A stretch of 63,623 bases of DNA, filler included, from Folioceros fuciformis (lineage: Eukaryota), in NCBI GenBank assembly GCA_049999805.1. It is 7 parts of 7 records of this genome, joined end to end, with 100 filler letters (N's around TTAATTAATTAA, not from the genome) between each part and the next. Parts side by side here need not be neighbours in the genome. Positions count along the whole stretch, not along the records: positions 22,425 to 34,287 come from JBNGIO010006147.1; 6 more parts are not named here. One strand, given 5' to 3'. This document shows, piece by piece, positions 23,240 through 34,387 of the stretch. Below the pieces are notes generated by a model, which did no database searches, had not been told where the DNA came from, and was given only the letters and a program-made list of their open reading frames with translations. Both the position numbers and the translations under genes were made by a program. Every line of letters starts with the position of its first letter. The first letter of the stretch is position 1.

Positions 23240-25400
23240 TCGTCACACAACTCTTACATGGGCTTTCAATTTGCTTACGTTTTGTCGACATAAATCTCTA
23301 AGTGGGAATTGGGTTCTTGGGTAAGCATTCCACGAAGGAAACGAGAAATTCAAACTTGTAAAGGCAAGGAAAGGAGAGGAGAAGAGGAGAGAAGAGAAGA
23401 CTATGGTTTCTAACCTAAGGTATCGTGGGCCTTGATCAAACCAAAAAACTGTATGTGAGTTGATATCAATAGGTATCAATTCTAAATTGAGACAAATTTG
23501 ATGGATTTGATTGAAACTTTCTGGCATTTGATTGAAACTTCATAGGTATCATAGCCATATTAATCCTAAGGTCATTGTAGGTTTCCTCAGAATTGCTCCT
23601 TCGAGCCTAGTGGTCAGCTCCCCCAACTATGCCTATCGTTCATCTATGACAATCAACACTCTCACAATCAACACTCTCACAATCAACACTCTCAATCACG
23701 TACCTACAATCATCCTACAACTCGTCCAGATAGTAGAAGGGCACCATTCTTTCATTTAGAAGGATCTTAGTATTTCGCCTACCGTTTTCTACCTCCCTAC
23801 GCTCAATACCCTTTATCCATAAGGCTCCTTACAACACCTTCCTCAATCCAGCTACTCATCTCCCTATGTCCAACACTCCCAACCAAACACCACAAAACAC
23901 CTTTGCAAATGTGGCAATGGAAAGAAGACCACTCAGGTCTCTACCTTTCCTTTCGTAGGTTAGTGAGAACCTCTAAGAGATCTTTCCCTAGAGTCTACCC
24001 GTAAGCCAACAATCACGTAGGCATTGCCACACACCCACGGCAAAACAACTCAAGCTCATCTCTCTACTAGCTCTTTAAATAATGTCATTCTCAACACTTA
24101 AAGACTCACCACATATAATATGTAGTTCATCCCCTAACTATTACGTGAGATCCTTACATCCAGGCATCTATGTGATCTTAAATTTTTGGAGTTGTATGTT
24201 ATCTTTCACAATAGTGAGAGTCTATTGAGTATTCAACTATTCATTCACATTGTGTGTCGGGTCCCCCCATAAATAATAACCTTCTTTTTAAGTCACTATT
24301 AACTCTTTGTTTATTGTCCTTAGCAGCTTCAAAGTAGTCGTTGCCACTAGATTTTCCTCTAGTCTTGCTATACTAACCATGAATATTGTCTCAAAATCTT
24401 GTAAAAGAGTTGGATGTACTTGGATAAAAGGTATTGGGGACAACATTTAATGCTATTATAACCTCTGTCAAAGTCATAATGGACCACTCAATTCAATTTG
24501 ATTAGGTTAGTCTTTTAATCTAATCGTAAAGTAAAGCGATGTGACTTACTATCTTTTCTCATTGTTGTATATTGCGTGATAGCTTCATTAAGTTTGCACT
24601 TGTATATTCTCGTATGATACCTATTTGTTTAAGATGTTGTCGACTCAAACATGAAGCATTGCTTAAGACCGCTTTCATCTGCATCTTTTAATTATCTGAC
24701 TTCTTTCCACATGGGCTTGTTGTGGTTTAGGCAACATTTTCTCGCTAGGTTACTCTCCTAGTGGGTTGAGGTGAAGCATTAACAAAAACTTCTAATATCT
24801 GCATGCTCAAGTGCTTTTTTATTGACCATTTTAACACTCTCTCTAATCTCTCAAAGGAATAAACTACCTTTCTTTTATCACTCAAAGAATAGACTATGTT
24901 CTCGTTACTAGTAGGAACCCCCTTCCTTAACCCCTTTCTTATGTACCAAATAAGGAAGCAAAAAGTGATATTAAATCTTGTCTATTCACTCCACAAGAGT
25001 CTCATGACATGAGGATACGCTCAAAGTAGCCCAAGTAGCCTAGTGCCCATTGATAACTTGTAGGCTGCCTTCTCGAGATGCTACTCTTTATTGCACCAAG
25101 TAGCTTGTTGTCCATTGACATCTTGCACGCGACCTCCTTACAACATAAAAACGTTTACAAGAGTTTTGCCATCCATGCCCAGCTCGTTATTGCTTTTGAT
25201 CCATTCTTAACTCACTATTGCTATTAGCCCTTGAAATAGTGTTTGATCCACTCTGAACTCAATTGCTATTAGCCCTTGGCTCTTATAAGCTTGCTCTTCA
25301 AGCTCTCTATAACCCTCTCCATACAAAGCTCACAACTCAATCTCCTCCTCAAAGCATGAGTGTCTCCACACTAAATCTCCCTTTGCTCTAACAACCCTCA
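23240..25400 (-). mobile_element. Possible highly decayed LTR-retrotransposon remnant
   Basis: AT-rich, CpG-poor and ORF-free. Minus-strand PPT-like ATGGGGGGAC (~24262-24271) followed by TGTGAA, arranged like the site at 11291-11317. Confidence 0.35.
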
Positions 25401-26421
25401 TCCGTCCTAAGTAGGTAACCAATCAACAATTTACATGAAACATGCAACATATAAAGGAGCACACAACATAAGCATGTCCACAAAACAGCTATGATTAAGT
25501 TTTACCTGTAATCATCTTTAAATTTGCAGCTAGTTTTATTTATATTATTACTTTACTACTACCCATTGTCACTGTTTTTCTGTTCAGATAAAAAATATTT
25601 AGGCAACATGAAATTCTAAGTGTGATCGGAGGAGTGTGACATATCGGGAGTGGAAGAAAAAGTGAGCAATATAAAATTCTCGGATAATATCTGTAGGCGA
25701 GTAAACATGTGACCCTCCATCCTTGATGTCGCTTAAAGCCTCTCCGTGACGTCCTCCGGTTGCTCCTGATGCACCTGTTCGGTTAGGAGCCAATCCAGGG
25801 CATGCTTGGGAGGCAGCTTACAGAGTGAACTGTAGGTGCACATGCAGCCACTAGCCGTGGACTGAGTTTGCAAACCCAGTGAAGGCGGGAGGGCCAAGGG
25901 GCCAGCCAAGGAGGTGTAGTGTAAGATGATGGCAGCGGGAGGGTGGGCTGGTACAGGTCAAAAGGTCCTTGGCCGTTTGACAGTGATGACACAGATGTTC
26001 TTCGAGAAGAAATCCTGCCACTGTTGTCACTACTTGTGCAAACTACTACTGATAATGTATGCGCTTCCACGGCCTATGGCACAAGAAGCAACTTCGTCCT
26101 GAATTTGATGCTTTGAGATGACTACCTGTATATGCCAACACATTCTCATTGCTTCACCTGCAAAAGTCCTCTACCTTGTTAGGAGTTAAGCATATTAAGA
26201 GCCACCAACCATGAGCGTAACAAAAAGATTCTTCTGTCATGTCTACTTGCGAACGTGTTGTACAAATACATTGTCAGATTGTTCAGAGCATCCTTATTGC
26301 ATCCCTAGCATTGGGTTTATAATGAATTCGGCAAGCCTCAACGACCTAGAAGCAAGACAGGCAACCACCTAGAAATCACCTCCATCGTATCAGTGTAACA
26401 ACAAACGGGCTCACGTAGAGC

Positions 26422-27669
26422 TTATGGAAGTTGAATCAGAACAAGCACACCTGCAAAGAACAGCCAGATGAGGTGTACTAGAAGCAAAGATTGCTGTGCC
26501 ATAGACCCTTTCCCACCTGCTCCATTCTGGATACTACAGAATCCAGAATGTGCAACCTCCACTCCAGCGCATTTGGCATCAGCTATGCCACACCAATACG
26601 TCACTCCGTTTTCACCACACACAGGATCCGCTCTGAAGCAGTTCGGGACGCAAGGCGCCACCTTCCGAGTGTCTGAATGACCCGAACCTTCCCTTCCTCC
26701 TTCCCCTGACACCAACACTTTCTCGACAGCCTCCTCCTCAACCTCATTCTTGGGTAATCTCAAACCGTTGGGATACTGAACAATCAAGGAACCCAAAACG
26801 GGACCCATCGAGAACAGACGTCGGTTAGGCATAGGCGGATCTGCAGGTCCCTCCAAAGTCGCCTGCAAGTAGTTGACCAGATGCAATGCATCACTGATCA
26901 TCCTTCTTGCAGCGTCCGACAGGCGAATAAACTGATCACCAATCTGCGAGTCCCCCTTCTCATTCAAAGAGTCGTAACATGTCTCAATGTCAGTCTCGCT
27001 GGCACTCAGATACGTGTTCAAGTCAGCTAACTCGTCCACCGCTGTCGCGTAGTCCATACTCAAATTGCTGTAGATCCTGATCGACGTATTCAAGTAGTCT
27101 AACGAGCTTTCCATATTCTCAAGACATGTTTGCAAAGCAGCTATGACCAACGGATTCCCGCCACTGGAACCCTTAGTCAAAAACGCTGTTGCAGCCTGCC
27201 ACCCAGTTTCACTCTCCCTCTTGGCAATCAAGAGCCCTATCCCCACTAGTTCCCTCAAGGTCGCGTTATTCCCGCCAGGATATGCAGACAAAGACTGAAT
27301 GCAAGATTCCGGGTACAAAGTTCCATTACATGCCACCTTGATGAGATCCGATACCTGCTGCTCAGCGCTGGCCGGCGGTTGCGGAGCGGGAGCAATGCCG
27401 TTGCCAACGATGCCCCCTCCGCCCCCGCTGTTCACACTTAGGCTAGAACCACCTCCACGCCGAGGCAAAACCACCGCCAGTGGTATCACCACGGCCAGAA
27501 CCACAACCACTGCAACGACGAGAAGAACTGCCACAGTCTTGGAGTTGAAGTGGCTCCTGACCTCCCCGCAGCCACCCGAAGGATGCACCAGCTCGTACTC
27601 GGGAGAAGCCCCGGTAAGGACGTCCTTCAAGTCCTTCAACTCCCGGATCGGTGAGCTTCCCTTCGTCAT
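26422..27669 (-). CDS. Membrane-anchored PMEI/invertase-inhibitor domain fused to a Kazal-type protease inhibitor domain
   Basis: Intronless 415 aa. N-terminal TM helix; PMEI motifs IKVACNGTLYPESCIQSL, AALQTCLE, TYLSASETDIETCYDSL; basic motif NRRLF; plant Kazal CVPNCFRADPVCGENGVTYWCGIADAKCAGVEVAHSGFC; tail QSLLLVHLIWL. Confidence 0.9.
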   Translation of the reverse strand: MTKGSSPIRELKDLKDVLTGASPEYELVHPSGGCGEVRSHFNSKTVAVLLVVAVVVVLAVVIPLAVVLPRRGGGSSLSVNSGGGGGIVGNGIAPAPQPPASAEQQVSDLIKVACNGTLYPESCIQSLSAYPGGNNATLRELVGIGLLIAKRESETGWQAATAFLTKGSSGGNPLVIAALQTCLENMESSLDYLNTSIRIYSNLSMDYATAVDELADLNTYLSASETDIETCYDSLNEKGDSQIGDQFIRLSDAARRMISDALHLVNYLQATLEGPADPPMPNRRLFSMGPVLGSLIVQYPNGLRLPKNEVEEEAVEKVLVSGEGGREGSGHSDTRKVAPCVPNCFRADPVCGENGVTYWCGIADAKCAGVEVAHSGFCSIQNGAGGKGSMAQQSLLLVHLIWLFFAGVLVLIQLP

Positions 27670-28126
27670 CTCCTCGCGATAGAGGCTCTCACAGCGCTAG
27701 GCCCTTGCGTGCATCACCATCATATCTGGAATTCAGGATTTCAGCGCTCGGCTGTGTGTCCGGTACGCGCTCCGAGCCTGACTCGCACAGCGCGCCTGAC
27801 AGAAAAACTCTTGACCCTACTGTCATTCAAGCACCGACGCTGCAATCATGTATTCCCTTCACCTCGCTCTCTCCGAACAAGCCAGCTGTTGCAAGCCAGC
27901 CTCGCTTTGAACCGCAAAAGAACCGCGTGCGTAGCTGGGAGGAACGTTAAAAACGTCTGCCAATGCCTAGCTGACAAGCCGTGTGCTCCCGGATCCCTTT
28001 CCCCAAAAAAGAAAAAAGTTGGGACGCGGCGTTCAATGCCTAGGTACATTTCTTTCTTCTAGTATGTAATATGGAATTCGGCCGTTCCTACCACTACAAT
28101 ACACAGCTTTTGACCCTGGCATGCAA

Positions 28127-28127
<1 letters not shown>

Positions 28128-28178
<51 letters not shown>

Positions 28179-28353
28179 TGTATGTATGTATGTATGTATG
28201 TATGTATGTATGTATGTATGTATNNNNNNNNNNTATGTATGTATGTATGTATGTATGTATGTATGTATGTATGTATGTATATATGTATATGTATGCATGT
28301 ATGCATGTATGTATATGTATGTATGCATGTATATATATATATATATATATATA
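28128..28353. repeat. Compound microsatellite (TAAG)n(TATG)n(TA)n
   Basis: Read directly; contains a 10-N gap. Confidence 0.97.
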
Positions 28354-28571
28354 TCCAACTCAGGAAGAAAGCCCATGATGCCTCCCATAGATTATCATCC
28401 ATGGGAGCTATTTCTTTCTACAGTTCTCGCGTGAGGGCGGTTTAGGGTTTAGGGTTTAATATCTCCTGGTGTAACCTGACCATCGAGACATTTGATTGCT
28501 GTGTGCTTGGCGTGTATTGCAGTTTGTGTTTATTGTGATGTAGTGCTCCAGCGGGAGAGGGAACCGGGGAG

Positions 28572-31140
28572 ATGGGAAGGAGGTCAGTTGCAGCAGGTGT
28601 TGCTGTGAGGATTGGTGTGATAAATGCGTGGGACACTCTGATGAAACGGACTTCTGGTGCACTATCATGGCTGGTCGATAATCGCCGTTTGTGGTGGGTA
28701 GTGGCAGAATCTCGTGAGCTTGCTGCTCTGGAGGTGAGTCTGTCAGGGCTTGCATCACGTTCTCGCCACGGGATTGTGGTGGGTTTTGATATTTTGGTGG
28801 TGTCTCGTGTGTCATACAGATGGGGGCAGGGCAGCCTGGTAAGCTCACATTGGCAGGTGCTGCATCCAAAAGTGCGCTGTCACGTTCAGCTCTCACAGCT
28901 AATGGCTGCTGGCCTTTGAAAATGCCAGTGGACAACGGGCGACATGGGCCTGGTGAGGGTGTCTTGCGTGTGGCTGAGCTGAGAAGGTGGTGCTCAGGTG
29001 GGTTTTGAATGCTGCCTGCGTCGGGTGAAAACGGGTTCTTAGCTGTGGGGCTCAATGTTGGAGATGCTTTCTTGTGTGGTGCTCTCTCACGTGTTGTGTT
29101 TTCGATACAGGGTCGACTTGGAGGTCAGCATGGCTGGCTGAGACTGAGGAGGAGGTGGATGTTGTTTCGAAGTCACATCCTGAGGCTGATAGCTCGTCGG
29201 GCTTCATTCATGTGCAGGATGACATGATCGAGAAGTCAGAGGCTGATGGCTTGGGAGGCTTGGAACCTGCCCAGAATGAAATACTGGACGAGATGGATGG
29301 GGAGGCTACGAGCATGAAAAGGTTACCTCGTGGACCCAGTGGCAAGTATGAGAACCTGATGGAGGTAGTGAGGCTGTGCAAAATGGAGGTAGTCGCTGCT
29401 GAATCAAGAGAAGATAGGATGGGACTTGGTGGAGTGCTGCTAGAGGGACCATTCGAGTTCGTGAGGATTCCTGGCAGATCTTGGTCTTTAGTTGACTCAA
29501 GTGAGAAGCTGCTTGCTAAGGCAGCTAGCATGGCCCTGAGCAGAGTGTACGAGCCACACTTCTCTGACTACTCCCATGGCTTTCGTCCATCCAAGGGTTG
29601 CCACTCTGTCATGCTGCAAATGAAAAAGAAGTGGAGGGGGATAAATTTCTTCATGAAATATGATATCAGGAAGTGTTACGAACAGATTAATCGACAGCAG
29701 CTTCGACGTGTTCTGGAGGAGCAGATAGAAGATCAACGGTTTGTTGATTTGGTGCTGAGACTGTATCAAACTGAGGCGCGTGTCTGTCACGAATTGAAGG
29801 ATCCCCCACCTGAGACCGGATTCCCAAGAGGCAGTATCCTTCTGAAAGCTCTCTGCAATGTTTATTTGGACAAGCTGGATCAAGAAGTCTTGAAGTTGCA
29901 AAAAGAGTATGAATATAGTCGGGACATGGATGACTTTCAGGAGGACACTCATGACCACGAAGACGAGGCTTCAGATGATTCGGAATCAGAAGCAGATCAG
30001 GGTTATAGTTATAGGAAGGGGGATGCAGAAGTTAGGATAAGATACCTTCGTTATGGTGACGAGTTTCTGGTTGGTTTCACGGGGCCGAAACCTTTAATGA
30101 AGGATATTCAGCACAAGATTCAGGACTTTGTAAAAACAGATCTCCTTCTAGACGCCCAGTTGGACCATCTTGTGCATGTGACCAGTGGGCACGTAAGGTT
30201 TCTTGGTATGCGAGTTGCCGGTCTCCCTGAGTCCAAAGGAATGAGGCGGTATGCTAAGGGAATGGAGAAGCGTCGGCGAGTGAAGGCTCGTCTCAAGCAG
30301 TTTGCAAAGCAGCGTCAAGAGAGCTGGGATATCCAGATGAGGAATCTTATCCTGCTTGCCTGGGCAAGGGCTTTCAAGAAGGTTAGATCAACTGTTGCCT
30401 CTAGCATGGAAGCTCAGCACGTCCTGCACAAAAAGGCGAGGGAGATCGTCACAAATTATGCTCTGGAGAGACTTGAAGCAGGTGACAGTAAGCAAACAGT
30501 TCTAGAGCTTCTGGAAAAGGAGAAGGTGGACAGGATGAAGGTGTCCTGGCTTGGAATCCCAGAGGAGATCTGGGAGGCTCATGAAAATTTGACACAGGTG
30601 ATGCAGGACTTTTGGGACGAGGAAGATAGGGCAGAAGCTGAACTAGCCGCTGTCACCCTCAGGGTGAGCAACAAGGTGAGAGCCCAAAGGCGAAGCAAGT
30701 ATCGTGATACCATTCCTCTCCAAGTATTGGCCTCGATGGAGGAAATAACAGATAAATTGAAGAAACGTGGGATACTCACTCCTCGGAAGAGTCGTTCGAA
30801 CTCACTCGGGCCAAAGACCAACATTCCAGATGAGGAAATCGTAGCCTACTTCGCATCCGTGGGTTATGCACTTCTCACGTACTATCGTTGCTGTGACAAC
30901 CTAACAAATGTGAGGAGGCTCGTTGACTACCAGATTAGGTGGTCAGCAGTTTTCACACTCGCCACCAAACACAAGAGTAGCGCCAGGCAGGTGATTGGGC
31001 AGTACACTCGAGATCTGCATGTGTTTAAAGACGGGAAGATGATAGCCAGGTTTCCTAGCTCGGTAGAGCTGGTGAGAAACATGGGGAAGCGGTTCCTCCC
31101 AGGCATGTACCAGGCGATGGTGGACGAATTCATACGGTGA
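28572..31140 (+). CDS. Nuclear-encoded group II intron maturase, MatR-like; model join(28572-28733, 28820-28952, 29111-31140), 774 aa
   Basis: RT blocks YEPHFSDYSHGFRP, DIRKCY, GFPRGSIL...NVYLDKLDQE, RYGDE, RFLG. Domain X YYRCCDNLTNVRRLVDYQIRWSAVFTLATKHKSSA. Two GT-AG introns (86 and 158 nt) with compatible phases give 2325 nt in frame. Confidence 0.9.
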
Positions 31141-34100
31141 AGGGTACTTCACCGTACGTGATGATCTCTGAGAAGGGTGAAGGGAATCAGCTCTTGTCGC
31201 TCTCAATCATCGAGGTGCTGCCCGAACTTTCTGAATTGATGAGATGTCCACCATTCAGGTTGGTTTTCCCTGGTCCCCTTCGGCTGCCTGTAGTCTAGGA
31301 AAAGCTGCCAAGCCCTCCTGATCTACGGCTAAGTGACAAAAGCTTGTTTCGTGTCTGTAGGGTGTTGTTGCAATTGGGTATCGTTGCTTCAGTATGCGCT
31401 GTGTACATTCGAGCAAGCTGAAGCCATTAGACTATTAGCGGAGCTGTGGCTGCTTGTCCATGAACCTCTGAGAATTTCCTTCGTGTACTTTATCTGTTGG
31501 GAGAGGGGAAAAACTTTTACGTTAAGATACTTGCAGTGCTGAAGGTTTTTCAAGAGGTTCTCCCTTGTAGGGAAACGTCATAGCCACAAGATTCTGAGCT
31601 GTATGCAGAGACCATTCCGTGCAGGGAATGGCACCCTTTTTGTACCAGGAGGTAGAGGGTTTCCATTGTGGCATACTCATCTCCTGGACGAAGGGAATCT
31701 CTCACGGAAGTTATAATGCAAGGTTGGGGACTGGAGACTTCCTGTTCCGCATGTTCCTCAGATGAGGGTTGCTCTCGGCGAGTCTTTCGGAAGGCTTTGA
31801 TCTGTGTACGAGGGAATTCTGTGCCACGACACCAGTTTCAAGTGGACTTCTGTTAGAAGTGTGTATTCATTTGATTGTCAATTGCTGCGACTCAAGAATT
31901 GGGAATTTACGTTTCTGCGCAATTGATGAGAAGCGTTTCCTCAGATGGAATGTGGCATGGGTACCGGTCACGAGTTGCAACGCTTCGACTCTCTGTGGAC
32001 TTGATCAAGAGACGTATCTAGAAGCCACGGCTCTTTCACAAACTGTTGTAGCTTCTGAAGAGCTCGCGCGAAACATGAACCTGAGGACACTCTTCAACCT
32101 CAAGACGCCAGTAGCTCTATCACCCATATGCAGTCCAGTAACTCAGCATCAGCAGTACCAAAAGGGTACCATGCCCCTCTCTGCACACCCACAGCCGCTG
32201 ACTGGTGTTCGTTGAACAAACTGACGTGGGTTACAGGCGGACCTGCACAAGACGTCAACAAAAACTGCCGCAAAAGTTTTTTTGCCTATGGTTGTCAGAG
32301 AAAACTACACGAACGTATCCTTGGCGAGAAACGTTGTAGCTACCTTCCCATGGGCGCAAGATGTGAACATCCGAACATGTATTTGATTCGTACCCAAGTG
32401 TGAGATCATGAAGCGGACACAACACTGACAGATCTTTCTTAGCTACGCACGATTTGAGCGCATGACAGCAGCGTGCGTAATTCCAGCTCCATTCCAGAGC
32501 CTTAACGGCCTCACGATCCTTCCCTCACCTTGCTGACATTGTTGCTCTCGGTTCCAGCTGTTCCGACGCGCCGGAGGCACTTCAGATTTGCAGGCTTACC
32601 CAAATCCGTCGAGGTCGCCTTTTATTAAAAACAAAGTGATAAGGTACATACGGGACGTCGTACCTCCTACCAATCGCCCACAACAAACCCCTAGACTACC
32701 GAGCTTCTGGAGATCTCCTAGAGCTCTACACTCTGCTTCTGCTCCAGATCCAGATCCTGATTATGCATGTATGCGCCTGCATACACAATCAAGAGCTGAA
32801 ACCGGAGCAAAAACTTCGTCCTCAAGACGCCTGACCACATGCTCGTATGGAAAGAAGCAGCTCTCCTGGGCATACAGTTTCTAACGGGGGCTGTTGAGTT
32901 GCGTCACCACGCCGATGACGTGAAGGTGATGGGTGCAAGCGACAGGCAGGAGATTGGCCGGGGGTACAGGTAAGGGAGCGTTGGAGGAGCCGCTTCGGAT
33001 AGCCCGTGTTCTGCACACAACAACAGTCAGCATCGTTGCTACCACAGAGCACGTCCAGAAGTAGACCCATGGTGGCGCTGGCCTTGCTCCAGCTGGGACA
33101 GGAAAGCTGGAAGCATGCGGGCAAAGCGGATGAGGTGAAGGTGTGCTGTGAGAGGAGGGCAGAGAGGCGGCGAAGCATGCCGACCTGATGATGGAGGATG
33201 CAAAGACAAAAGGACGAGAAGATGTTGTGAGAAGAAGATGGCGACGAAAAGGACGAGGATGTTCCCACGCCTTCAAAAATGCTCCAGGGCTTTCAAAACA
33301 TCCCGTGACCTCATGCCCTGCACACGTGTGCGTATAAGGACACATCAGCCAAGCCAATGTGCTTACAAGCCAAGCTTCTGGCATTTTCCAAGCAATTGCA
33401 AGCAAACAAGCAGCTGGAATGATGGGAGGTGCCAAGAACGCACAGCGCTGCGCTCCGCTTCGCTGTGTTGTCCGCAAAACAAAGCTGAGCAGCAAAGGGA
33501 ATTTGCTTAGGTTTATTACCTTGGCGGCAGAGCAGCAATGTCCGGGTCGCCGTGGTTGCACACCCTGGGCCGTGTCCAGGTGAAGAGAGTGCCAAAAAAG
33601 CAGTGGAACACCGCAGTTGACGTTCTTGTCCACCCGCAACTCCTCTTCTAGCATGCTGTCAAGGTTGGTTATCTTGGAGTTGAGATTCGTCGGCATACGT
33701 AAGGTAAGGTACGCATGCTTGTTGACAAGGGATCCAGATGCGAGACATGGCGAAGCTCCTACAGCTTGCAACCATGATGGGGTATCCATCCCTATTGGCC
33801 GACCATGAGGCTTCATGGTCACACAACAACAATGACAATGCTCCACAGCTTGACAACAACTACTACTACTATGAGGCTTTATGTCCAGACGATAACTGAA
33901 GGAAGAAAGGTATGTGGTTAGACCACAACAACACGCCGTGGGCTAGCTGATCAATGGAGGAGAGGAAAGGACCCTCCACAATCCTCAGGCCCAAAAGCGC
34001 ACCATATTCCCCTCAGCTCTCCTGAGCTTGAGTTTCATGCACACTAGTTCCATGGATTGGACCAAGCAGCATCGGCATCATCCTCGTGTATCACCTCCCT

Positions 34101-34387
34101 ATGGAGAAAGAGTGATGGTTCTAGACAGAGAAGACAAAAAGGAGGGCTGTTGATGGCAATAGCAAGGACAAGACCTCAGATGGGGAGGGAGAGGGGAGGC
34201 GCAGGGAAGGGAAGGGGAGGGGAAGCAAGAGTACAGGTAGGAGAAGAGCAAAAGCTTAAGCAGGAGCTCGGGCAAGGCAGAGCTTGGNNNNNNNNNNNNN
34301 NNNNNNNNNNNNNNNNNNNNNNNNNNNNNNNTTAATTAATTAANNNNNNNNNNNNNNNNNNNNNNNNNNNNNNNNNNNNNNNNNNNN

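Noticed and set aside
28059-28445. YIHT/MYVC repeat ORFs
   Set aside because: These are translations of the microsatellite.
28440-28457. TTTAGGG repeats as a telomere
   Set aside because: Only about two units, internal and upstream of a gene. This fits a telo-box promoter motif better, and similar motifs are scattered through the window.
29074-31300. Mobile group II intron, retron or DGR interpretation of the RT
   Set aside because: No domain V/VI motif after the ORF, no template or variable repeats, degenerate YADD, and spliceosomal introns upstream. The ORF-track start at 29074 lies inside an intron.
32822-33859. 321-aa ORF 32881-33846 and overlapping ORFs
   Set aside because: No recognisable domain, Cys/Pro-rich non-coding-like composition, and internal splice-like signals. 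No product can be supported.
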